A stretch of 41,802 bases of DNA from a bacterium (GCA_009885735.1 VFKD01000084.1:1-41802); one strand, 5' to 3'. Counted from the first letter of the stretch, positions 27,872 through 37,644 are shown. Numbers and translations are program-made. Notes: generated by a model not told the origin, from the letters alone.

Positions 27872-29661
27872 TTTCGCACAACTTTTCCGATTGCCAATTT
27901 ACAATCTTTCTCTTTCACGACAACCGACGTATCCATCGATATGTCCAAAGACTCCAGTGCGCCGCACGGCCACCGCACATCTGCACGGGCGGAGCGGGCA
28001 GTTCCAATGCCGAACAAGAGTCTTCGGTCATGGTCCGAAAGATAACTGCCGCCGGAGTGTACGGTCTGCATCTCTTTCGCAGCGTTCGCATTGACGGTGA
28101 CCAATGTGCCGAGCGCATCGCGATTACACCCATTGCCGACCATCGTCAAACGAACCCAATGATTGGATGTCTGCGTGCTGTTGCTGAGCAGAATAGCGCG
28201 GCCGTTGTTACTGGCAATCAGCACATCGGGTTTTCCGTCGTTATTAAAGTCGCCCACTGCAAGTCCGCGCGCGACTTGCTCTTGAGTGAAAAACGGACCC
28301 GAACCGCCGGAAACATCGCTGAAGGCACCATTTCCGTCGTTTCGCAGTACCTGGCACGCCTGCGAGTACCCCTGGGGCTTGCCGTTCTCATCCGCTCGAT
28401 CGTCCACGTGTCCGTTTGCAATGAAGATGTCCTGCCAGCCGTCCAGGTCGAAATCCGTGAACTTGCATCCCCACTTCAGATACTCCAGCGTCGGGTTTCC
28501 CACGCCGGATGGAAAGCTTTCCTCGGTAAACGATCCGTCGCCATTGTTGCGATACAGAGCGGCCGGCTCATTCTCGAAGTTGGTCACCAAAACGCCAAAT
28601 TGCCCATCATGATGGTAGTCAGCCGCGTCCGTTCCCATTCCAGCTCTTGCTATGCCCGCTTCACCGTAAGCCACCCCGGCCATCGCGCCCTGCTCGCTAA
28701 AAGTCCCGTTGCCCTTGTTAATAAAGAGGTAGTTTGGCGAGAGGTCGTTGGCTACAAAGATATCCGTAAGACCATCTCGATTGAAATCCGCACACGCAAT
28801 TCCGAGCGAGCGCCCGGTTTGTGTGCCGATGCCGGATTTCTTGCTCAGATCCGAAAATGTGCCGTCGCCGTTATTGCGGAAGAGCATGCACTGGGTTCCG
28901 GGATAGACATTGGGGGAGCAATAAGCATCACGCTGTCGGAAATCTTTGCACCTGGGATTTGTCTTTACGTCATAGTCCATATACCGGCAGACAAAGAGGT
29001 CGAGCTTGCCATCGCCATCGTAATCCAGCCATGCCGCGCTGGTAGACATGTCTTTTGCAGAGACACGAGCCCTGGCAGTCACGTCACGGAAGAAAGGCGC
29101 CTGCGTCTTCGGGTTCGGGCCAGGGCTATTGGGCGAGTCGGCAGCCACCGATCCATCGACCCCACGACCCATCGACCCACTCTCATTGTGAAACAGTCGG
29201 TTTCCGCCGAGCGCGGTTATGTAGATGTCGGGTCTGCCGTCGTTGTCGTAGTCTCCGACGGCGATTCCCATGGCGTACATGGAAGTGTCCAGCCCGCTGC
29301 CTTTCGTAACATCGGTAAAGGTGCCGTCACGGTTGTTTCGGTAGAGGGCGCTCCGCAGTGGTTTAGCAGCTGTAAATCCAGGCAAGGCGGCGCCCTGAGT
29401 CAGAAGCGCGTCCTGCCATCCGTCGCCGTCGTAGTCCAGAACGGCGCAGCCTGCACTCATGGTCTCTACATAGAAGTGAGCGCCGCTGCCTCCATTGCAG
29501 TGAGTAAAGCGAATGCCGGTAGCGTCGGTAACATCCGTGAAGCGAATACCGCCTGCTGCCGGACTCGGTTCGGGATGTCCTCCGGCGGGCCTGGTAATCG
29601 CCAACCGCGCTGCGGCGAGGGCCGCCACACATGCGACGACTAAGATGCACAGCCTTTTCAC
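27868..29661 (-). CDS. CRTAC1-family protein (FG-GAP/VCBS repeats plus ASPIC/UnbV domain)
   Basis: Repeated DYDGDG/DYDNDG/DFNRDG and NNGDGTF motifs; C-terminal NRDALG..GGSYLS..LLFGIG..VRWP. Confidence 0.92.
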   Translation of the reverse strand: MKRLCILVVACVAALAAARLAITRPAGGHPEPSPAAGGIRFTDVTDATGIRFTHCNGGSGAHFYVETMSAGCAVLDYDGDGWQDALLTQGAALPGFTAAKPLRSALYRNNRDGTFTDVTKGSGLDTSMYAMGIAVGDYDNDGRPDIYITALGGNRLFHNESGSMGRGVDGSVAADSPNSPGPNPKTQAPFFRDVTARARVSAKDMSTSAAWLDYDGDGKLDLFVCRYMDYDVKTNPRCKDFRQRDAYCSPNVYPGTQCMLFRNNGDGTFSDLSKKSGIGTQTGRSLGIACADFNRDGLTDIFVANDLSPNYLFINKGNGTFSEQGAMAGVAYGEAGIARAGMGTDAADYHHDGQFGVLVTNFENEPAALYRNNGDGSFTEESFPSGVGNPTLEYLKWGCKFTDFDLDGWQDIFIANGHVDDRADENGKPQGYSQACQVLRNDGNGAFSDVSGGSGPFFTQEQVARGLAVGDFNNDGKPDVLIASNNGRAILLSNSTQTSNHWVRLTMVGNGCNRDALGTLVTVNANAAKEMQTVHSGGSYLSDHDRRLLFGIGTARSARADVRWPCGALESLDISMDTSVVVKEKDCKLAIGKVVRK

Positions 29662-30716
29662 CTGCCTTGCCCTCGGCGAGTGTCCAGGGCGTCCGCCAAC
29701 TTCAGGGTCGCCCGTTTCTCATTATCTCGTTTCAAAAAGTGATAGGCCTTAGCAAGGTTCCGTAGGCTATAAACGTCGGTCGGTTCCGATTTGAGATACC
29801 CGGTGTACGCCGAAACTGCCTGATCCGGCTCGCGGACCCGCATGTAGAGGTCGCCCAGCTCGCGCATGGGCGCAGTATCGGACGGGTTGAGGCTCAATTT
29901 AGTCCTTATGTACTGAATCCGCCGCCGGCTCGCATTCAACTCCTGAAATCTTGCCATCATGCGCTCTGCTTCGGTGGTTTTCCCTTGTTTCCGCAGAACG
30001 GACGCAAGGCCCTGATACGTCCCATCGTCGTTCGGAAATGCTTTCAGCACCTGTCGATATTCGTTCTCCGCTTCGGCGGGCCTGCCCATTCGCGATAGAC
30101 ATTCGGCATGTTGATAGCGGGCGCTTGTATTGTCCGGGTCCAGCGCGAGGCTGCGGACGAAGCACTCATCTGCCGTTTGCAACGCCTGGCTGCCTTTATC
30201 TCTGTAGAAATGCACTATTCCCTGATAGTAAGCGACTTCCGAGGAAGTTCTCCAGCGCGGCACGACTTCTTTTTTCAAAACCCGGTCGGCGTCATCGAAC
30301 CGCCCCATCTTGCAATAGCTGGCGAGCAGCTTCATGTAGTCTTCCTCTTTCGGCGGCCGAAGGAGGAGCGCCTTCTCCTGCTCCAGTGCGGCCTGCACCG
30401 GCAGATTCAGACTGTGATAAAGAGCAGCGATGCGGAGATGCACATTGGGGTCATTCGGAGCGGCCTTGCTCGCGAGCCCAAGTTCTTTGGCGCTCAGCGT
30501 AAAGTCACCTTTCTTCTGCGCCTCAACGGCAGCTGAATAGTGACGTTGAACGTCGGCCACGCCGCGTCCGTCGCGCACCCACATTACGTGTCGCGTGATC
30601 CCGGCGGCAAGAAGCAGAATCATCGGCGGCAGCAAAATGTCCAGCCAATGCGATCGAATCCAGCGCCAAGGGCCGAAGCCGGGCTTGATGTCAGTGGGTG
30701 TCGGGGTAGTTGCCAT
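29658..30716 (-). CDS. Membrane-anchored tetratricopeptide repeat protein
   Basis: N-terminal hydrophobic helix; TPR-like units (APNDPNVH, LALDPDNTSARY, FPNDDGTY, LNPSDTAP); GTGA overlap with the CRTAC1 gene. Confidence 0.85.
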   Translation of the reverse strand: MATTPTPTDIKPGFGPWRWIRSHWLDILLPPMILLLAAGITRHVMWVRDGRGVADVQRHYSAAVEAQKKGDFTLSAKELGLASKAAPNDPNVHLRIAALYHSLNLPVQAALEQEKALLLRPPKEEDYMKLLASYCKMGRFDDADRVLKKEVVPRWRTSSEVAYYQGIVHFYRDKGSQALQTADECFVRSLALDPDNTSARYQHAECLSRMGRPAEAENEYRQVLKAFPNDDGTYQGLASVLRKQGKTTEAERMMARFQELNASRRRIQYIRTKLSLNPSDTAPMRELGDLYMRVREPDQAVSAYTGYLKSEPTDVYSLRNLAKAYHFLKRDNEKRATLKLADALDTRRGQGR

Positions 30717-30742
30717 CGAAATAGTTGCTTGCGCAAATTAAT

Positions 30743-30783
30743 AAAAAGTCCGGCAGAGGACAAGAAGTAGCCTCTGCCGGACT
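30743..30783 (-). terminator. Rho-independent terminator
   Basis: AGTCCGGCAGAGG/CCTCTGCCGGACT 13-bp stem followed by TTTT on the minus strand. Confidence 0.8.
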
Positions 30784-30800
30784 GAGATTTGTAAACGCCC

Positions 30801-31496
30801 TTAGTTCTTGATCTTGCTGAACCGGCCGTTCTGGACGACGGCGATCTGGCTCCAGTCCGAATTAACGGGGCCGCTGACGGTCGGCAACGTGCCGGATCCG
30901 CCTTCCGTCACCTCGATGTTTACCGTGCCGGACGGGGAGTATCCGAACTTCCCTACACTGCGGAAGCGGCTCATGCCGCCCGTCTGCTGATTCTTTACAA
31001 TCGTCGTGTGGACTCCAGTTACGATGTCGACCGGGTTGGACAGCGACGAATTGCCGTGGAGGGTGACCGCTCCCAAGTCGGTGGTCTCCCAAGTGGTGAA
31101 GTCGACGGATGCTTCCCTCCCACTCGCGGTTGCGTCGCAAGTGGCAGTGCCTGCAATGGCGTGGTTGACCCCCGTGTACGAGCCGGTAAAGTCATTATAG
31201 CCCTGCGTGGAGGCGTAATGTGAGTGGTCCGGATAGGCTGTCTCGGACGAGATCCAAGCCTTTTGGATGGGCGTCGGCTTGCCTCCACCACCGTTGTCAC
31301 CGACGATGCAGGTTACTTCACCGTAAAGTGAATTACCGTCGGCGTCCGTGCCAAACAATACGGCGGACGTTTGCTGGCCTCTGAAGGTGAAGATGGTGGT
31401 GATGTCTGCGGCTGTGCGCACTCCGGTGTAGCCCGCCAACAAGCACATGGCGCCGACCACCAGAACACGCGGCCGACTTAGTTTAAACGCTTTCAT
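30801..31496 (-). CDS. Secreted Thr/Gly-rich hypothetical protein
   Basis: GGAG RBS; signal peptide MKAFKLSRPRVLVVGAMCLLAGY; followed by its own terminator. Confidence 0.7.
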   Translation of the reverse strand: MKAFKLSRPRVLVVGAMCLLAGYTGVRTAADITTIFTFRGQQTSAVLFGTDADGNSLYGEVTCIVGDNGGGGKPTPIQKAWISSETAYPDHSHYASTQGYNDFTGSYTGVNHAIAGTATCDATASGREASVDFTTWETTDLGAVTLHGNSSLSNPVDIVTGVHTTIVKNQQTGGMSRFRSVGKFGYSPSGTVNIEVTEGGSGTLPTVSGPVNSDWSQIAVVQNGRFSKIKN

Positions 31497-32015
31497 AGAG
31501 TTTCTCCGTTGGTTGGTCATGACCAACCCGAAATGGTTGAACTTCAGTTTGTGATGCCTGTGTTGCCGTAATTATGGGCGTAGTCACATAATAGGATCGG
31601 TCGCCAACCTGCCCGATAAACCGAAGAAGTGCGCATCCGCCCTCTTTCTGTCTATACCCTAAAGCGTCACCTCCTTTTGGATTACGCTGGATCGAAAGTG
31701 TTGTATGAAAGAGACTGGCTACCTAACTAAACCGCGCGAGTTAGTAACCAGGTTTCATCCGGAAACCATACCGTTGACCAGAACCGCATTCGCTAGTCGA
31801 GTCCCTCGTCCAAGTGACGGAGCGAGTGTTTCATCGCCAGCAGTAGCTGCGGATGAAAACGGGGACAACTGACGGTGAGACTGCAAACGCGCCAGGCAAT
31901 CGGAAACACGTACACTGCGTACTGCAAAATCTTAATCGAGCACCACAAGGAGCAACGGGCGACGCCGCGTTAGCGTCGCAAGCTCCCGTTCACTGGTTGG
32001 TACTTAACTCTCATA

Positions 32016-32097
<82 letters not shown>

Positions 32098-32104
32098 GGT
32101 TAGC

Positions 32105-32133
32105 ATTATAGGCTCGAAAACCGCGGAAGTCAA
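32105..32133 (-). promoter_or_regulatory. Sigma70-type promoter of tRNA copy 2
   Basis: TTGACT-N17-TATAAT. Confidence 0.85.
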
Positions 32134-32187
32134 TGGCTTCACGAAGGTTTTCTTTTGGGAGTATGTCGCTATGACTGCGTCAGAGTC

Positions 32188-33120
32188 TCATAGGCGCGAC
32201 TTCCGAGCCATCGCCAGGACAGTTTGAAACTCCGGCGCCTCCACTGAGCGGTCGACTACTGACACATATGCATCCTTGAAGCCGGCTGTTTCCATCAGCT
32301 TCGTCATCTCCACCCTCGAGAAGCCAAGCCAGACGTCGGCGTAGAGCTCGCGGGCCGCTTCGACCTCGTGCTTGAGCAGATCAAGTACCGTAATGGATCC
32401 TCCCGAACGGAGGACGCGATGGGCCTCCGAGAGCGCTCGGTCCGGGTGGAGGGCGTGGTGCAGCGACTGGTGGAACAGGGCAAGGTCGACCGACCCAGAT
32501 TCGATAGGGAGGCTCTCCATGTCGCCGGTGCGATACTCGACGTTTGACAGGCCGTGGCGCGCCACAAGCTCGCGCCCAAATTCCGCCATCTTCTCCGATG
32601 CATCGACGGCGATGATGCGCTCGGCGCTTTGGGCCAGCATGAGCGCCAAAGTGGCCTCGCCGGCGCCGATGTCCGCAATCACCATGGGTGGAAGCAGCCG
32701 TATCAGCATCTCGGAGAGCGCCTTCCAGCTTCTCCCCGGCACGTAGCTGCGGCCAAACCGTCCGGCAAGCTCGTCGAAATGACTGCGAAGTAGGTCCTTG
32801 CGGCGGTTCACGACCAGCGCAAGAGCCTCGTCATCCCTGCCGCACTCGGGCAGCTCCTCGCTGCTTCTGCTGAGGACCTCGCGGACCAGAGCCTCGGCGT
32901 TCGGGGCAATGAGGGCGCGATAGATGCTCTTCTGGCCGGACTTCGTAGATTCGACCAGCCCTGCGGCTCGAAGCTGCGTGAGCTGCATAGAGATGCGGCT
33001 CTGGCCCATTTCGAGTATCTCCTGCAGCTCGGCCACGCTCAGGTCTTCCTGCGAGAGCAGGCGAAGAATGCGCACTCGCGGTTTGTCCGCCAGCACGCGA
33101 AGCAGCTTCAGTGTGTCCAT
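32188..33120 (-). CDS. sahR: ArsR-HTH plus SAM-binding methyltransferase-fold regulator (SahR-like)
   Basis: [31 protein letters not shown]; [12 protein letters not shown] and SLHH methyltransferase fold; divergent from ahcY. Confidence 0.8.
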   Translation of the reverse strand: MDTLKLLRVLADKPRVRILRLLSQEDLSVAELQEILEMGQSRISMQLTQLRAAGLVESTKSGQKSIYRALIAPNAEALVREVLSRSSEELPECGRDDEALALVVNRRKDLLRSHFDELAGRFGRSYVPGRSWKALSEMLIRLLPPMVIADIGAGEATLALMLAQSAERIIAVDASEKMAEFGRELVARHGLSNVEYRTGDMESLPIESGSVDLALFHQSLHHALHPDRALSEAHRVLRSGGSITVLDLLKHEVEAARELYADVWLGFSRVEMTKLMETAGFKDAYVSVVDRSVEAPEFQTVLAMARKSRL

Positions 33121-33126
33121 GTACAG

Positions 33127-33170
33127 ATTGTAGCATCAATATATCACTATGTGTTGATGTATGGTATAAT
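33127..33170. promoter_or_regulatory. Divergent sahR/ahcY promoters with a palindromic operator
   Basis: Minus-strand TGcTACAAT (33127-33132) 6 nt before the sahR ATG; ATATCA-N8-TGATGT at 33141-33160; plus-strand TGgTATAAT at 33162-33170. Confidence 0.7.
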
Positions 33171-33191
33171 GCGCATGGAAGGAGACCCACA

Positions 33192-34622
33192 ATGTCCACT
33201 ACACTCGTTGAAAATGAAGTAATGTCGCACAAAGTCGCCGATCTGTCGCTTGCAGATTGGGGCCGCAAAGAGATCGAGATTGCCGAGCAAGAGATGCCCG
33301 GCCTAATGTCCATTCGTCGCAAGTATGCCGCCGAGAAGCCTCTGGACGGCGTCCGCGTGATGGGCTCGCTCCATATGACCATCCAGACGGCCGTGCTCAT
33401 CGAGACGCTGGCCGATCTTGGCGCCGAGGTTCGCTGGGCAAGCTGCAATATCTTCTCTACCCAGGACCACGCTGCTGCAGCCATCGCGGTTACCGGAGTG
33501 CCTGTGTTCGCCTGGAAGGGCGAGACCCTCGAGGAGTACTGGTGGTGTACCTACGAGGCGATGAGTTTTGCAAAGGGCAAGGGCCCCGAGCTCATCGTGG
33601 ATGACGGCGGAGACGCCACCCTGCTGATCCACAAGGGCTACGAGCTCGAGAACGGCAGCGACTGGGTCAACACGCCGTCCGAGAGCCATGAAGAGAGCGT
33701 CATCAAGGACTTGCTGAAGAAGGTCCACGCAGAGAGCCCGCGCCGCTGGCACGAGATGGTGGCGGACTGGCGAGGCGTGTCGGAGGAGACAACGACCGGC
33801 GTTCACCGCCTCTACAAGATGCAGGAGACCGGTTCGCTCCTGGTGCCCGCAATCAACGTGAACGACTCCGTGACCAAGTCAAAATTCGACAACCTCTACG
33901 GCTGCCGAGAGTCGCTGGTGGACGGCATCAAGCGGGCCACGGACGTGATGCTCTCGGGCAAAGTCGCGGTCGTTTGCGGTTATGGAGACGTGGGCAAGGG
34001 CTCAGCGCAGTCTCTCAGCCATAACGGCGCTAGAGTGATTGTTACCGAGGTGGACCCCATCAATGCTCTGCAGGCTGCCATGGCAGGCTACCAAGTTGCT
34101 CCCATTGAGGACACGCTTGGGACGGCAGACATCTACGTCACCTGTACGGGCAACGTCGACATCATCACGCTTGAGCACATGTCGAAGATGAAGGACCAGG
34201 CGATCGTCTGCAACATCGGCCACTTCGACAACGAGATTCAAGTGGACCTGCTGAACAACGCTCCGGGCGTTGTCCGGACGAATATCAAGCCGCAGGTCGA
34301 CAAGTACACCTTCCCGGCAGGGCAGAGCATCTTCCTGCTGGCCGAGGGCCGCTTGGTGAACCTGGGCTGCGCGACGGGCCACCCAAGCTTCGTGATGTCG
34401 AACAGCTTCTCGAACCAGACCCTTGCTCAGATCGACCTCTGGAACAACCGCGACAAGTACGAGGTGGGCGTCTACACGCTTCCGAAGAAGCTCGACGAGG
34501 AAGTGGCGCGTCTGCACCTCGAGAAGATCGGAGCCAAGCTCACTACGCTGAGCGCGAAGCAGGCCGACTACATCGGAGTGCCGGTGGAAGGTCCATATAA
34601 GCCGGAGAGCTACCGGTACTAG
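33192..34622 (+). CDS. ahcY: Adenosylhomocysteinase (SAH hydrolase)
   Basis: [58 protein letters not shown]; AAGGAG RBS. Confidence 0.98.
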   Translation: MSTTLVENEVMSHKVADLSLADWGRKEIEIAEQEMPGLMSIRRKYAAEKPLDGVRVMGSLHMTIQTAVLIETLADLGAEVRWASCNIFSTQDHAAAAIAVTGVPVFAWKGETLEEYWWCTYEAMSFAKGKGPELIVDDGGDATLLIHKGYELENGSDWVNTPSESHEESVIKDLLKKVHAESPRRWHEMVADWRGVSEETTTGVHRLYKMQETGSLLVPAINVNDSVTKSKFDNLYGCRESLVDGIKRATDVMLSGKVAVVCGYGDVGKGSAQSLSHNGARVIVTEVDPINALQAAMAGYQVAPIEDTLGTADIYVTCTGNVDIITLEHMSKMKDQAIVCNIGHFDNEIQVDLLNNAPGVVRTNIKPQVDKYTFPAGQSIFLLAEGRLVNLGCATGHPSFVMSNSFSNQTLAQIDLWNNRDKYEVGVYTLPKKLDEEVARLHLEKIGAKLTTLSAKQADYIGVPVEGPYKPESYRY

Positions 34623-34651
34623 GCCGGGGCTAAGTCGTGGTGCGTGAGTAA

Positions 34652-34686
34652 CGGCCCTGCGGCTCCGACAGGGAGTCGCGGGGCCG
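34652..34686. terminator. GC-rich hairpin downstream of ahcY
   Basis: CGGCCCTGCGGCTCC/GGAGTCGCGGGGCCG stem; homologous hairpins at 35613-35645 and about 36497-36530. Confidence 0.6.
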
Positions 34687-34748
34687 ACCCATGTCGCTTA
34701 CGTCCCGGTTTGCTTTAGATACTCGATCCTGACCAACGTGTACCGTGG

Positions 34749-35087
34749 TCAGCCGGCTTTAACCACTATCGATCCGGTCCGGTGGTCTCCTGCAGGTTCG
34801 ATCGTGATACGAACGTCCAAGTCCAGCGCGTTGACGTAGCGGATGAGCCGTCCAAGCGAGAATGATGAGACCTTGCCGCGAACAAGCTGGGAGACCTTTG
34901 CCTGGTCTGTGCCGAGCCGCCTTGCGGCCTCAGTTTGAGTGAGACAGAGAGCATCTATACGGCGCCGTATCGAGTGCGCAAGCTCTGCTTTTGCCAGTTC
35001 CTCGTCGGCGTTTGGCAGACCCAGATCGGCGAAGACATTGCCGGAGGATGCGACAAATTCACTCTCACCAATTGAATGGTTGCTCAA
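34749..35087 (-). CDS. XRE/HigA-like HTH antitoxin
   Basis: SSGNVFADLGL..LTQTEAARRLGTDQAKVSQL..FSLGRL; TTG start overlapping the toxin stop. Confidence 0.9.
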   Translation of the reverse strand: MSNHSIGESEFVASSGNVFADLGLPNADEELAKAELAHSIRRRIDALCLTQTEAARRLGTDQAKVSQLVRGKVSSFSLGRLIRYVNALDLDVRITIEPAGDHRTGSIVVKAG

Positions 35088-35524
35088 GTCCGTTTCTCCT
35101 TTCGGTTCTTGCCGGACGCCTGTTCCGGCGATGCTGGCACGTTTGAGTCCTCGGGATACGCTGAAGCGTAGTCAGTCCTAGCCCGAGTTAGTCGAGCGTA
35201 GACGATATCAATGTCCTTCGTCGGAGTTGCGATCCCGCTCTTGCTCTTCTTCTCGAAAACGTGCAGCACGTATACCGCCTTGGCAAACTTGGCCGCGTAG
35301 ACGCATCGAAAGGTTCGCCGGTCACGCCGCTCCGTGAGCTTCATGACCTCATTCGCGTGCGAGAGCTCGAACGGGGAGGCATTCTCAGGCGTTATGCCGT
35401 TCTGAATCTCCCAGAGCTGGTGCCCGAAAGCTGTCCGCACGGCGGGAGGCATCTCGCGAAGGTCACTCAGCGCGTTTCCCTGAAAGCGCAACTGCCTTGT
35501 CGTCGTAGAATCGTCGCCTTCCAT
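35084..35524 (-). CDS. RelE/ParE-family (Gp49/DUF891-like) toxin
   Basis: ALSDLREMP..R.AFGHQL..IQ.G, FRCVY..F..AVYVLHVFEKKSK.GIATP; start inferred from the promoter position. Confidence 0.88.
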   Translation of the reverse strand: MEGDDSTTTRQLRFQGNALSDLREMPPAVRTAFGHQLWEIQNGITPENASPFELSHANEVMKLTERRDRRTFRCVYAAKFAKAVYVLHVFEKKSKSGIATPTKDIDIVYARLTRARTDYASAYPEDSNVPASPEQASGKNRKEKRT

Positions 35525-35530
35525 ACAGAG

Positions 35531-35559
35531 ATTATGCCATTGTTGGCATAGTGTGTCAA
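35531..35559 (-). promoter_or_regulatory. TA promoter with palindromic operator
   Basis: TTGACA-N17-CATAAT-N6-ATG, with TATGCCA-N4-TGGCATA (35533-35550) overlapping the spacer and -10. Confidence 0.8.
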
Positions 35560-35585
35560 GGCTAAACTCTATTCCGCTGTCGGCC

Positions 35586-35645
35586 GAGGGTCCTGTAAGC
35601 GGCAGCGCATGTCGGCGCGCGATTCCGAAATGGAATCGCGGGGCC
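35586..35645 (+). repeat. Decayed remnant of the ahcY 3' end and its downstream hairpin
   Basis: GAGGGTCC-TGTAAGCGGCAGCGC versus ahcY GAAGGTCCATATAAGCCGGAGAGC (18/24), then the hairpin CGCGATTCC..GGAATCGCGGGGCC. Confidence 0.55.
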
Positions 35646-35737
35646 ATTCGCATGTCACCGATGCTCACTTGGCCTTGCACGAGAACGCATAAAGGCTGTA
35701 CAATAACGATTGAGTTGCTCGACATAGGGAGACAGTG

Positions 35738-35977
35738 ATGACAAAGGTGCTGGAGGCGGTGTATCAAGATGGCGTCCTGCGGCCCACTGCGCCACTCGAT
35801 CTACCGGATGGCACGCTCGTCGATCTCTTCGTCGTGCGGTCGGCCAAGCAGTCCTTGTCTGCCGGCCGACTGCGTCCAGACGAGATATTGGAAGCCATTG
35901 CGAGCCTCCCAGTAGAAGATGGGCCGGAGTTCTGCGCACGCGACCATGACCGCATACTATATGGCGCAGACAGATAA
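35738..35977 (+). CDS. DUF104/AF2212-like antitoxin
   Basis: EAVYQDGVLRP..PLDLPDGT.V signature; 1-nt overlap with the PIN gene; upstream TTGCAC-N18-TACAAT. Confidence 0.85.
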   Translation: MTKVLEAVYQDGVLRPTAPLDLPDGTLVDLFVVRSAKQSLSAGRLRPDEILEAIASLPVEDGPEFCARDHDRILYGADR

Positions 35978-36396
35978 TGCCTCGAAATCTTGTGTTCGTG
36001 GATACAAGCGGGTGGTTCGCCTCGCTCGTTCCGTCGGATTCAGACCATGTCGCTGCCCAGAGCTGGCTCAGGGCCAATCGTCGCGCGGTCTTCACGACCG
36101 ACTTTGTGCTTGATGAGACCCTTACACTTCTCCGGGCAAGGGGACAATCCAACCGTGCCCTTGCATTCGGGCACGCCCTGCTAGACGGCTCCCTCGCACA
36201 ACTGTATTTCCTTGCAGAGGACGACATTCGTGAGGCGTGGACTTTGTTCAGCACGTATGGTGACAAGCAATGGAGTTTCACCGACTGCACGAGCTTTGCT
36301 ATCATGTCTCGACTGAGCATCCCAACCGCGCTCGCGTTCGACCACCACTTCGGTCAGATTGGCACCGTGATTGTAGTGCCGGGCTTACCACTCTAA
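35977..36396 (+). CDS. vapC: PIN-domain (VapC-family) toxin
   Basis: VFVDTSGW, TTDFVLDET, SFTDCTSF and AFDHHF motifs. Confidence 0.92.
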   Translation: MPRNLVFVDTSGWFASLVPSDSDHVAAQSWLRANRRAVFTTDFVLDETLTLLRARGQSNRALAFGHALLDGSLAQLYFLAEDDIREAWTLFSTYGDKQWSFTDCTSFAIMSRLSIPTALAFDHHFGQIGTVIVVPGLPL

Positions 36397-36530
36397 GCGC
36401 GAAGCAGGCCGACTAAATCGGGGTGCCGGTGGAAGGGCCGTATAAGCCGGAGACCCATCGGTACTAGGCTGGGGCTAAGTCGTGATGGTTGAGATTCGGC
36501 CCCGCGATACCTGAGTGGAATCGCGGGGCC
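36384..36530 (+). pseudogene. Orphan copy of the last 28 codons of ahcY plus downstream region and hairpin
   Basis: Colinear without indels with 34539-34685 (offset 1845): [26 protein letters not shown] versus [27 protein letters not shown]. Confidence 0.9.
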
Positions 36531-36611
36531 AATTTCTGTGAAGCGGTGCGCCGCCCCACACACGATGTTATGTTTGCGTCTAGACGGAAGCCGGCGCCGC
36601 AGTTGCTGCGA

Positions 36612-37040
36612 TCACTCCCCAACGAGCGTAATGTTGACCAGCCATTGATGAGCGTCGGTCGCCTGCCCACGAACCGAGGTGCGAGCCATCGCGACCGCTG
36701 TGGCGGGGCCAGGGGCGAAGTCTTCGTTGCCTTGTGCCGATGCGCCGACCTGCCACTGCTGCATGGCTCCCGTGCCCACAAGGAACGCCCGCCCTTCGGC
36801 CACCGCGCCAGTGGAGCGCTGGGTCACCATCACCCGCAGCTCGGTTCGCTCCCCTGCATCACTTGCGATCGGTCCGGTCACAGTGATCTGGCGGCCGTTG
36901 CCGGCCACCGATCCGATCGGATCGATTGTATTGTAGGCGATTCTCGCGAACGCAGTCCGCGCGATGAAGGTACCTGCGGCCGCCAGGAGTATTGCGGCGA
37001 CCGAGACGCCTAGTTTCACCTGGTTCCGATTGAACGGCAC
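36612..37040 (-). CDS. Small secreted hypothetical protein
   Basis: GGAGG-N8-GTG start; signal peptide ending AFA; beta-strand-like mature region. Confidence 0.7.
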   Translation of the reverse strand: MPFNRNQVKLGVSVAAILLAAAGTFIARTAFARIAYNTIDPIGSVAGNGRQITVTGPIASDAGERTELRVMVTQRSTGAVAEGRAFLVGTGAMQQWQVGASAQGNEDFAPGPATAVAMARTSVRGQATDAHQWLVNITLVGE

Positions 37041-37122
37041 AACGAGTGCCTCCATTCCATTTACGTGCAGGACATCTTTGCAGCGCTCTGTCGAGGACTG
37101 ATCGCCTGCAGCATTTGGTTTG

Positions 37123-37151
37123 ATAGTAACACAGAAAAGTCGCTTCCGCAA
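37123..37151 (-). promoter_or_regulatory. Putative sigma70 promoter
   Basis: TTGCGG-N17-TACTAT with TG extension. Confidence 0.5.
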
Positions 37152-37644
37152 GGGGGATGTTCTGCACGGCTTCTCGGCGAAACAGGTTCGGAGCCCCATT
37201 GCTAGCGAGGCTTTGCCTCAGACCGACGAGTTGTACTCGGTCTCGAAGCGGTCACACTCCGTATTGCTGCCTCTCCTCAGGCTTCCAGGACACATTATGT
37301 TTGTTGGCGACGCTCGCCGCAACCGTTAATTCCGCAGGACGCTTGGCCGTAGGCCGCCCAGCCGGGTCCTTCAGGGCTCGGACACATTGGAGTTTCGTCC
37401 GTTGCGGTGCCGCGAACGACCCCGCTGTTTGGCGTTGAGCCGACCGTCCTGCGGACGGGAAGGCACCCAGACTGGGGCGTCGTCACGCTCATGTGAGCCG
37501 GTTGTGCATTAGGAGCCGCGCATTGCGGCTCGCGGCGTTGCAAGCAAGAAACTACGGCGTGCATGAATGTAGTTTCTTAAGAGACTCCATGAACTCCGTT
37601 CACAACCAGGCATGAAAACCAGGGCTTCGGAGGCGGTCACATAC

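Noticed and set aside
33121-33191. SAM or SAH riboswitch upstream of ahcY
   Set aside because: The predicted leader is only about 15 nt; a protein operator explains the region better.
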